14,378 nt of DNA, from UHGV virus genome UHGV-0315315; one strand, written 5' to 3'. A model generated the notes under the pieces. It saw only the letters and a program-made list of their open reading frames with translations. It did not search any database and was not told the origin of the DNA. Origin of the DNA: a virus. Positions 6,674-13,773 of the stretch are shown here, in pieces. Within the stretch, counting starts at the first letter, position 1, and the number at the start of each line of letters is the position of its first letter. A program made the position numbers and the translations under genes.

Positions 6674-7933
6674 ATGTTTAGATTATCTAGTGTCAAGATT
6701 GAAGGTTTTTGGGGAAGACTAAATGCATCATGTTCATTTAATGAAGATGTAAATATTATTATTGGTCGAAATGGGACCGGTAAAACAACCTTTATGAATA
6801 TTCTTCACTCAGTTCTGGCATTAGAACTCGAATCACTAAATGAGAATAGTTTTGATAATGTAACAATAAAAATAAAAGAAGGAAGCAAAACTAAAACAAT
6901 AAAAGTTGTGAGTAAATTTGACATAACTAAAGCTTTGCCTACGTTTGAATATACAATTTCTAGAAAGAAATATATTATCAGATCCTTTGAAGATCGTAGA
7001 CTACCTATTTATATGAGGAGAAAATATCAGGAAGACGTTGAAAAACTTAAATTAGAGTTAGATAAATTAGTTGCTTTATCTTCTCTATCAGTTTACCGAC
7101 TTAGAAGCGGTGAAGATTTTGAAATCAGAGACAAATATGGCTCAAAATTAATCAACCCTGTTGATTACCGATTAGAACAATTATTGCAGAACCTAACAAA
7201 ATATCAACTTTATTTATCACAAAGAGCTCGTGATGTTTCTGCAATATTACAGAAAGAGGTTCTTGCTTCTATTCTTTATAGTAAAGAAGATGGTATCGAT
7301 GACACATTTAACTTTTCTTTTGATAAAGAAAAAGAACGTAGAAATTTAATAGCTGCATATTCTCAGCTTGGAGCTTTTGATAGTGATGTCAGAAAGAAGA
7401 TTAACTTTCACGTTGAATCTATTGCCAAAACATTTGAAGAATTACGACTTGCAGAAAAAAATAACAGAAATATTTTAAATGTAGATTACAGATCATTTGA
7501 GGCATTACGAAAGACGCAAAGAATTATAAAGATGTCTTTAAAATCCGAGGAGAAAATAAAAAACATATTTCTTCCTATAAATCTATTTTTAGAAACATTA
7601 CATGAGTTCATAACCGATAAAAAATTTAATTTTATCTCCGGTGAGCTAGTAATAGAAAACGAGCATGGGCCGATTAGCCATAGTAATTTATCGTCTGGTG
7701 AAAAACAGCTATTAATTCTTTTTATTGAAACTTTGCTACAGCAAAACAAACCTTTCATCTATCTTACTGATGAACCAGAATTATCGCTACATATTGCATG
7801 GCAACGAAAAATAATACCTGCAATCAAACAACTTAATCCTAATGCGCAAATTATCGCCGCTACGCATTCACCAGAAGTGGCTTCTAAATATCGAAATGCA
7901 ATCTTTGATATGGAGAAATTGGTTCATGGATGA
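6674..7933 (+). CDS. ariA: ABC-type ATPase (AAA_15/AAA_21-like, SMC/OLD-related); AriA-like component of a PARIS-type defence system
   Basis: 419-aa ORF. Walker A GRNGTGKTT (6764-6790), ABC signature-like LSSGEKQ (7688-7708), Walker B FIYLTDEPE (D366/E367 at 7769-7774), H-loop AATHSPE. K/E-rich probable coiled-coil insert between the lobes. AGGAT 5-9 nt before the ATG. Strongly AT-rich compared with flanking phage genes. Confidence 0.7.
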   Translation: MFRLSSVKIEGFWGRLNASCSFNEDVNIIIGRNGTGKTTFMNILHSVLALELESLNENSFDNVTIKIKEGSKTKTIKVVSKFDITKALPTFEYTISRKKYIIRSFEDRRLPIYMRRKYQEDVEKLKLELDKLVALSSLSVYRLRSGEDFEIRDKYGSKLINPVDYRLEQLLQNLTKYQLYLSQRARDVSAILQKEVLASILYSKEDGIDDTFNFSFDKEKERRNLIAAYSQLGAFDSDVRKKINFHVESIAKTFEELRLAEKNNRNILNVDYRSFEALRKTQRIIKMSLKSEEKIKNIFLPINLFLETLHEFITDKKFNFISGELVIENEHGPISHSNLSSGEKQLLILFIETLLQQNKPFIYLTDEPELSLHIAWQRKIIPAIKQLNPNAQIIAATHSPEVASKYRNAIFDMEKLVHG

Positions 7934-8777
7934 TTTCCATTATTCTGCCGAAGCAGAAAATGTAATGAATTTATTTTACCAAGCTGAAGCCATGGTTTAT
8001 GTTGAAGGCCCAGATGATATTTGCTTTTGGGAAATCATCTTTAATAAAGCTAGTTCATTAAAGGTTGAAATCAAAGATGTTGGCGGCTGTGAAGAATTAA
8101 AAAAATATATTGATAGAGTTACTGATGAAGATCTTCAAATTATAATTGCATGTGATGCAGACTTCACTACATTTGAAAATGAGGAAAACGCTGATAGTCG
8201 CATTGTAAAAACTTATGGGCACTCCATCGAAAACACGTTTATTGACAAAACAGGCATATATAAGGCAATAAAAACTCTCGGAAAATTACCTCAAAAGATA
8301 ATGAACGATGTCAACGTCGATTCTTGGACAGAAGACTTTTATACCAAAATGGAACCCCTAATAAAACTTGATATATACAATCATATTTATAGAAAAGGCA
8401 TTTCAGTTATTGGTGACAGTGCAGATCGTTTCATGAAATCTAGAAAATCAAATGAAATTTGCGAGCAAAAAATCACGAGTTACAAAAACACCATCATTGA
8501 AAAATTAGGTGTGGAACCAGATAACATCGATTCATCTTTCAAATCAAAATCGATAGAATACAGAAAGTGGCTTAGAGGTCATTTTCTTTTTTCTGCAGTA
8601 CATAGGTACATTAGCACAACTGCAGAAAAAAATGGAAAAAAAGTATCCTTATCATATGAATCATTATATTCCAATTTAATGAATACATTTGAATCTAATT
8701 TTACCAATGCTCATATTGAGTTTAATCATTACCACGAAAAAATTAAAGCCATAAATATGCCACACGAAATGAAATAA
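7926..8777 (+). CDS. ariB: Toprim / DUF4435-like protein (OLD-family nuclease-like); AriB-like effector of a PARIS-type system
   Basis: Track ORF starts at an internal in-frame ATG at 7842 inside the ATPase gene. Preferred start is the ATG at 7926 overlapping the ATPase stop (ATGGATGA) with GGAG ~10 nt upstream. Candidate Toprim acidic residues: E in YVEGPDD (8004-8006) and DxD in IIIACDADF (8154-8162). No HNH or zinc-finger pattern seen. Confidence 0.6.
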   Translation: MDDFHYSAEAENVMNLFYQAEAMVYVEGPDDICFWEIIFNKASSLKVEIKDVGGCEELKKYIDRVTDEDLQIIIACDADFTTFENEENADSRIVKTYGHSIENTFIDKTGIYKAIKTLGKLPQKIMNDVNVDSWTEDFYTKMEPLIKLDIYNHIYRKGISVIGDSADRFMKSRKSNEICEQKITSYKNTIIEKLGVEPDNIDSSFKSKSIEYRKWLRGHFLFSAVHRYISTTAEKNGKKVSLSYESLYSNLMNTFESNFTNAHIEFNHYHEKIKAINMPHEMK

Positions 8778-8779
8778 GA

Positions 8780-8799
8780 AAAAATACAGATGTATTTTT
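8780..8799. terminator. Candidate bidirectional hairpin between the convergent Toprim gene and S
   Basis: aaaaataca-ga-tgtattttt, a perfect 9-bp inverted repeat followed by a T-run on the plus strand. The stem is A/T-only, so predicted stability is low. Confidence 0.25.
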
Positions 8800-8802
8800 A
8801 TA

Positions 8803-9249
8803 TTATTTAGATAACCATTCAAATAGGGTATCCTTGATTTGATAATATTCTTTATCGTGGATACCCAATAGCTTACGCTCTGCGTAACGGACCTCAGGTC
8901 CTTTGCGACTGACGCGATCACGCAGGCCGTAGTGATGAACGCGGGCAATGCGCTGCACCTTGCCTTCAAACTGCACGCTGGCAGAATCGGCGCTGGCGGC
9001 AGTTTTCAGGTATTTTGTGGTGCGCAGCTTCGCAAACATCTGACGTTTAATGCGGCCTTTTTTACTGCGTGCTGTTACCCGTCGCGGTTCATAGCTGCTG
9101 CCGTCAGGGTTGCGCTGCATCCTGATATTCTGCTGCTGTGTCCGGCGAAGTTCCTGCGCCAGTTGGCGCATCATACGGCTTCTTGCGGCTGGCTCCAGAT
9201 TCGCCAGCAAGGCACTCAGCCAGTCGTCCACCTTCTGCAATTCAGCCAC
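8803..9249 (-). CDS. S: Tail completion / virion morphogenesis protein (P2 S-like)
   Basis: 148-aa ORF; start codon is GTG at 9249, overlapping the R stop; family recalled from sequence. The last ~20 codons lie in AT-rich sequence. Confidence 0.8.
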   Translation of the reverse strand: MAELQKVDDWLSALLANLEPAARSRMMRQLAQELRRTQQQNIRMQRNPDGSSYEPRRVTARSKKGRIKRQMFAKLRTTKYLKTAASADSASVQFEGKVQRIARVHHYGLRDRVSRKGPEVRYAERKLLGIHDKEYYQIKDTLFEWLSK

Positions 9250-9673
9250 GTTTCACCGTCCACATTTCTTCAGGTTCATCGGGTTCCGCTACAGCTTCAA
9301 CGCTGGACACTGTGCCGTCAGTGCTGACCAGCACACGTTCCGTCAGTTGCAGGTTAAGGCTGATATCACAGACATCGTTGCGCAGAATATCCACCTCAAA
9401 GGTGAATAACTTTTCCCGTAAAGCGGGATTATTGATGGCATCGGGCTGGTTATCACGCAGCCACAGCAAAACCGGGGCCATCAACAGATTCTGGTCACCA
9501 CTGAAATCCTCTATCACCACGTTCAGGGTGTAGCGGTACTCCCATGACATGGAGCTGGCCCCCGTGGCAACCAGCGAACCGTTATCCACAAACAGATGCA
9601 GTTTGTCCGGGTTATTACGGACATAAGGCACTGCTTTATTAAGGGCGTGGCGCAGGGATTGTGGTTTGTTCAC
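9242..9673 (-). CDS. R: Tail completion protein (P2 R-like)
   Basis: Track ORF begins at a TTG (9694). Preferred start is the GTG at 9673 (VNKPQSLRHAL...) with AGGAG ~7 nt upstream. Confidence 0.8.
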   Translation of the reverse strand: MNKPQSLRHALNKAVPYVRNNPDKLHLFVDNGSLVATGASSMSWEYRYTLNVVIEDFSGDQNLLMAPVLLWLRDNQPDAINNPALREKLFTFEVDILRNDVCDISLNLQLTERVLVSTDGTVSSVEAVAEPDEPEEMWTVKRG

Positions 9674-9926
9674 TGTTTCGCTCCTGACACGCAATAATCA
9701 TGTCCACTTTGTCTGCACAGACCGCCCAGGCGGCCTCCGTTTCATCCAGCAATGCGTTCAGATCACCGTTAGTGCGCGGCGCTGTCTGATCCAGCCGACA
9801 CGGCGTCACTCGCGGACAACCACTGACGGTAAGCTGCACCTCCGGTGAGTGCCGGACGTTCCCGCAGCCGGATAATGTCAGCAGGCAAAGGAGTATCAGC
9901 CCAGCGGCGTAAATCCTCGTTCTCAC
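9639..9926 (-). CDS. lysC: Outer-membrane lipoprotein spanin (LysC / Rz1-like), overlapping the 3' part of lysB in another frame
   Basis: 95-aa ORF, GTG start; signal peptide with lipobox LTLSGC; Pro-rich C-terminus; overlaps lysB (9769-9926) and the R start. Confidence 0.6.
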   Translation of the reverse strand: MRTRIYAAGLILLCLLTLSGCGNVRHSPEVQLTVSGCPRVTPCRLDQTAPRTNGDLNALLDETEAAWAVCADKVDMIIACQERNSEQTTIPAPRP

Positions 9927-10197
9927 GTTTCAGTTCCTCGATCCGGCGTTGTCGTTGTCTCAGCTGTGCGCTGGTCTGTTCTGCTTCGGCATAGAGCCGC
10001 GCCTGCTCCCGGTTATTAGTTTCAGTCAGAATGGACAGGCTGATAAGCTGGCTGTTGCTCTTTGCCAGTGCCTGACTTTTGCTCTGCAGCTCGTCTGCCT
10101 GCGTGCTGATGGTCTGGCTGGCATCAGCCAGCCGCCACGTCTGCCAGCCCAGCGCCGCCAGTAATAACGCCAGCACAACCAGCAGCAACCGGTTCAT
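9769..10197 (-). CDS. lysB: Inner-membrane spanin (LysB / Rz-like)
   Basis: 142-aa ORF; N-terminal transmembrane helix (LLLVVLALLLAALGW) followed by a charged coiled-coil-like region; ATG overlaps the lysA stop (ATGA). Confidence 0.7.
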   Translation of the reverse strand: MNRLLLVVLALLLAALGWQTWRLADASQTISTQADELQSKSQALAKSNSQLISLSILTETNNREQARLYAEAEQTSAQLRQRQRRIEELKRENEDLRRWADTPLPADIIRLRERPALTGGAAYRQWLSASDAVSAGSDSAAH

Positions 10198-10571
10198 GCT
10201 GCTACCTGTTGCGCCATCTGATTACGGGTGATCCAGAAGGCAATAACGGTCAGTAGATAAAAGACCAGGGTAATAGCCCACCCCGTCCAGGCGAGACTTA
10301 CGACAATCAGCAATCGCATCACCCAGCTGATAAATACGTTTTCTTTTCGGGTAATGGTCTTCAGCAAAGATGCCCTCAACTCCTGCCAGAGCGAGCCATT
10401 CTTAATTAACGCAGCCAGTGCTACCGGAATTACCGCCCATGTCAGTAAACAGGCTACCCAAACGCCGGACGCTGCCAGTACCGGAAAAATCCCCTGCGGA
10501 TACACCATTGCTGCAATTAACAGCGCCATCCATAACATCAGAAACAGCCCGCTGATTAATTTCTTTTTCAT
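10194..10571 (-). CDS. lysA: Lysis-timing membrane protein (LysA-like)
   Basis: Track ORF extends to 10643. Preferred start is the ATG at 10571 (MKKKLISGLF...) directly after the endolysin stop. Multiple hydrophobic helices. Confidence 0.6.
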   Translation of the reverse strand: MKKKLISGLFLMLWMALLIAAMVYPQGIFPVLAASGVWVACLLTWAVIPVALAALIKNGSLWQELRASLLKTITRKENVFISWVMRLLIVVSLAWTGWAITLVFYLLTVIAFWITRNQMAQQVAA

Positions 10572-10572
10572 T

Positions 10573-11085
10573 TCAGTTTGCTCCCTGTAAACACCAGGCC
10601 ATCTCCCGCGCACGGCGGTTATCCAGCCCCTGATTAAACACACCTTTCACATAAACCCAGCGCGGTAACTGTCGGCACGCATCCGCCCAGCGCCGCTGAT
10701 TGAGCAATTTCACCAGTGTGGAACTGCAGGCATTGCTAGTTCCCACGTTGAAGGCAAACGACACCGTAGCGTCATACACCTTCTGTGGTGGCTGTTGCTT
10801 CACACACCTTTCCAGTGCCCGCTCCACACGCAGCACGTTGGAGATCAGCCCTTCTGCTGCCTGTCGTTCCGTGATTGTTTTGCCGGGAATGACGCCCGAT
10901 GTATTACCAATGCCGTCGGTCCAGACACCCGCGCTGCACTGATACGGCTGCAGACGACAGCCTTCGTAATCGGCAATCAGTTTCAGCCCTTCCACGGACG
11001 TATGAAGCTGCTGAAAGCCCGGCAGCGTGGCAGCAATAGCCAGCACGGCCCCGACAAGGCAGCGTTTAACGACTGATGGATTCAT
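10573..11085 (-). CDS. Endolysin, T4/P21-type lysozyme with SAR-like N-terminus
   Basis: 170-aa ORF. Weakly hydrophobic Gly/Ala-rich N-terminal segment (CLVGAVLAIAATLPGF) followed by the lysozyme catalytic region EG...D...GVWTDGIGNT. Resembles P21 R-type SAR endolysins (recollection). Confidence 0.85.
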   Translation of the reverse strand: MNPSVVKRCLVGAVLAIAATLPGFQQLHTSVEGLKLIADYEGCRLQPYQCSAGVWTDGIGNTSGVIPGKTITERQAAEGLISNVLRVERALERCVKQQPPQKVYDATVSFAFNVGTSNACSSTLVKLLNQRRWADACRQLPRWVYVKGVFNQGLDNRRAREMAWCLQGAN

Positions 11086-11281
11086 AGTCCTCCCGCGAGA
11101 TCTGCCCGTCGCGCAGAAGCTGGTAGGCTTTGTGTTTGTAGTACCAGTTGATAGCCAGCATCAGCACACCAATCATCAGGCCGCCCAGCGTTGAGATATC
11201 CTTGATGGACAAATCGCCCAGCCAGGCCAGCACGACGGCGATGCAATACGTGATAAAGGCGCTGATTCGCTCAAGCGTCAT
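11066..11281 (-). CDS. Holin, two transmembrane helices (class II / pinholin-like)
   Basis: 71-aa ORF immediately upstream of the endolysin, overlapping its start by 20 nt; two hydrophobic helices and a charged C-terminus. Confidence 0.7.
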   Translation of the reverse strand: MTLERISAFITYCIAVVLAWLGDLSIKDISTLGGLMIGVLMLAINWYYKHKAYQLLRDGQISREDYESISR

Positions 11282-11284
11282 AAT

Positions 11285-11488
11285 TCAGTCCCATAGCTGG
11301 ACGGTCTGCACGGTGGTGGTTGCCGGAATGTCCGGCAGCTCCACCTGCAGCCCGTGAGGTAAAAAGGGGCCGTATTCGGCAAGCCCCGGATTTGCCTTCA
11401 GTACCTGCTCCGTGACACCCTGCGTGCGCCCGTAATGACGCCAGCAAAGCGCGTCCACCGTGTCATACTGATGCGCACGCACTTTCAT
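11285..11488 (-). CDS. X: Tail protein X (P2 X-like, LysM-like)
   Basis: 67-aa ORF, MKVRAHQYDTVDALCWRHYGRTQGV...; closely parallels remembered P2 gpX; ATG overlaps the L stop. Confidence 0.85.
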   Translation of the reverse strand: MKVRAHQYDTVDALCWRHYGRTQGVTEQVLKANPGLAEYGPFLPHGLQVELPDIPATTTVQTVQLWD

Positions 11489-11952
11489 CAGATAAGCTCC
11501 ACTGTGCAGTGCGGCGCATCCTGCACCCGGCTGATGGCCCAGCGGGCGTCACGCCACAAATCACCGCTTGCTTCCGCCAGTTCCTCGCCTCGCTTCACAC
11601 CGGACGCCGTGGCGTCATAGTCCTGATAACGCTCGTTGAGCATGGCGCGTGCCCAGCAGTAAACCGCGTTGAAATAGTGCTGAATGCGCTCACTTTTGCC
11701 GTCCAACTGTTCCGCCGGAACCTCAGCCAGCGACGCATACCCCAGCATCTGCTGACGTCTGCGAAACTCATACAGCTCTGCGTTGACCTCCGAAATTGCC
11801 GATAGCGCAACCTGCTTTAAACGCGGCTGCGTCACCGTGCCGTCAGTGCGCATCACACTGCGAAACTCCGACAGGTCCACATCAGGCCAGAACGGCGTAT
11901 TTCTGATGATTTCCGCCTGTTCCGGTGCCTGTTCTGGCGCAACAAACTTCAT
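11488..11952 (-). CDS. L: Head completion / stabilisation protein (P2 L-like)
   Basis: Track ORF extends to 12015. Preferred start is the ATG at 11952 (MKFVAPEQ...) with AGGAGA ~8 nt upstream. Confidence 0.85.
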   Translation of the reverse strand: MKFVAPEQAPEQAEIIRNTPFWPDVDLSEFRSVMRTDGTVTQPRLKQVALSAISEVNAELYEFRRRQQMLGYASLAEVPAEQLDGKSERIQHYFNAVYCWARAMLNERYQDYDATASGVKRGEELAEASGDLWRDARWAISRVQDAPHCTVELI

Positions 11953-12047
11953 GCTGCTTTCTCCTGAAATAAAGGGCGGTGGACGGGGTTTTGATGTGGC
12001 AGAGCCTTTCGCCACCCCGTGCCGCCCGTGCGCGGGGGCACGTTCTG

Positions 12048-12698
12048 TCAGCGGCTGTCATTGCGCAGTCTGCGCTCCAGCTGCTGTTTGTCTTTTTTCA
12101 CGCCACAGCGGGGATCGAGCTGTAACGCATGGTTGAGATGATTAAGGGCGAAAGCCGGATTGCTTTCACTCAGGACTGCGCCAATCGCTTTATGCAGACG
12201 CGCCCGTGACTGGTCCGGCATATCCAGATCGTCTGTCAGTTCCAGCGTCTGCAGCAACAGATCAGCATCAAAGCCGATGGCGGCAAGCATTGCGCTCTGC
12301 GCTGCGTCTGCCATTTCCTCTGCCAGCACGGTCTGCACGTTGCGGTTACCCAGCGGCATCACCCAGCCATGACGCAGGGCATGACGCCCGATCTCCAGCG
12401 CCCCGGCATAATCTCCGGCATCAATGCGCCACAGCATCACGTACATCAGCACGTCATCCTGCTGTGCGCCTCCGGCAGCCAGGACACCCTCCGCCCAGGC
12501 GGCGTACTTCGGCAGCAGCTCCACTTTGATTTCCGCTTTTTTGACCGTGGACTGAACGCCCTTGAGACGGCGGCGGTCTTCCGCCAGTTGCAGCAGCATC
12601 AGGTCATAGCCCGACGCGTGGCGAACACTGCCGCCCTCGCGGGCGGCCTGTTCAGCCTGAACGCGCAGGCGATGCTGCCGTGCGGGACTCAGGCTCAT
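12048..12698 (-). CDS. M: Terminase small / endonuclease subunit (P2 M-like)
   Basis: 216-aa ORF; conserved ...LMYVMLWRIDAGDYAGALEIGRHAL... core recalled from the P2 gpM family; position between N and L. Confidence 0.85.
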   Translation of the reverse strand: MSLSPARQHRLRVQAEQAAREGGSVRHASGYDLMLLQLAEDRRRLKGVQSTVKKAEIKVELLPKYAAWAEGVLAAGGAQQDDVLMYVMLWRIDAGDYAGALEIGRHALRHGWVMPLGNRNVQTVLAEEMADAAQSAMLAAIGFDADLLLQTLELTDDLDMPDQSRARLHKAIGAVLSESNPAFALNHLNHALQLDPRCGVKKDKQQLERRLRNDSR

Positions 12699-12701
12699 GG
12701 T

Positions 12702-13757
12702 TTATGCTCCGGCTTCTGCGGCGGTGCTGAAGTCGCCAATCTGGATGTTTTCCACCAGTGCTGCGCAGCGGTAGTCCTCAACCACATAGGCTTCGTTAAC
12801 GGATTCAAAGTTTTCAATCCGGTCACGTTTCGGGTTGTCGATAACTGAACGGCGGCGGGTGTCTTCCTGCCAGTAGATGGACAGGTTATCCAGACGGGTG
12901 ATCAGCAGCGCATTCGGCGGGAAGAACGGCGCACGCACGGCCTGCAGGCCACCCATGCGTTTCTGGCTGATGATCATATCGGCAGCCAGTTTTTCACTGT
13001 TTTCCTGCTCTTTGTTGACCAGCGGGAAATACTTATCAGACAACAGTTCACGACCGCAAATCACCACCAGATCGTCATCGTCCTGGTAGACCACGTCGAT
13101 AAGCTCATTAACGGCATCCATCACCACGGCGTCCAGGTTGGCATATTCGCCACCTTTACCGACTTTCACCGCGCCCGGTGTGGTTTCACCGCCCGTGGTG
13201 GTGCTGCCCATGACGTGATCCGGTGCATCCTCACGGATTTTCTGCAGCCAGCCTTTATTCACATCCTGCAGCAGCGGGTTTTCGCTACGGTTGGAGGTTT
13301 TCGCACGCTTCACGCCGTTAAAGCCGATCATGATGCGGTCCAGTGCCTGACGTTTCACGATGGCGTCACGGATACGCACCTGAAAATCCTGAAACTTCGC
13401 CCACAGGTCCAGCTTCGCGTAGGTCAGCACCGTGTCAAAGTTGGTCTGCTCGCATTTATATTCCACATCGACCATCAGCGTCGGATCGACAGGTTCACGC
13501 TCTTTCGCGGTGGTATCAGTGGTTCCGGCAATGGTGCTGCCAACTCCCAACCCCAGCAGCTGACCGGACTGCTCAGTCACTGGCGTGACGTTAATCAGCG
13601 TCAGGAAAGCGGCGGACTGCTGGATCTGGTCTTCCAATGTCTGCTGCACGGACGGCTCTACGGTGAACTTACTGGAGAGTTCTTCAATCTCCACACCATT
13701 CAGGCGCGCCAGCTGCTGCAGGTAAGCGTTAAAGGCAAAGCGGGTTTTCTTTTTCAT
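12702..13757 (-). CDS. N: Major capsid protein (P2 N-like)
   Basis: 351-aa ORF, ATG start (MKKKTRFAFNAYLQQLA...); length and position typical of the P2 capsid protein. Confidence 0.9.
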   Translation of the reverse strand: MKKKTRFAFNAYLQQLARLNGVEIEELSSKFTVEPSVQQTLEDQIQQSAAFLTLINVTPVTEQSGQLLGLGVGSTIAGTTDTTAKEREPVDPTLMVDVEYKCEQTNFDTVLTYAKLDLWAKFQDFQVRIRDAIVKRQALDRIMIGFNGVKRAKTSNRSENPLLQDVNKGWLQKIREDAPDHVMGSTTTGGETTPGAVKVGKGGEYANLDAVVMDAVNELIDVVYQDDDDLVVICGRELLSDKYFPLVNKEQENSEKLAADMIISQKRMGGLQAVRAPFFPPNALLITRLDNLSIYWQEDTRRRSVIDNPKRDRIENFESVNEAYVVEDYRCAALVENIQIGDFSTAAEAGA

Positions 13758-13773
13758 CGGGTTTTATGCTCCA

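Noticed and set aside
6674-8777. Alternative identities for the ATPase-plus-partner pair: Septu (PtuA/PtuB), Gabija (GajA/GajB), single-chain OLD
   Set aside because: Gene 2 shows no HNH/zinc-finger pattern (argues against PtuB). The ATPase has no fused Toprim and gene 2 has no helicase motifs (argues against Gabija). The ATPase and Toprim are split across two genes (argues against P2 Old-type). Not formally excluded without HMM searches.
7486-8969. Minus-strand ORFs 7486..7758 (90 aa, inside the ATPase gene) and 8676..8969 (97 aa, spanning the Toprim gene 3' end and the S 3' end)
   Set aside because: Antisense to better-supported genes. The second crosses a convergent gene junction and the compositional boundary, so it is not a coherent gene.
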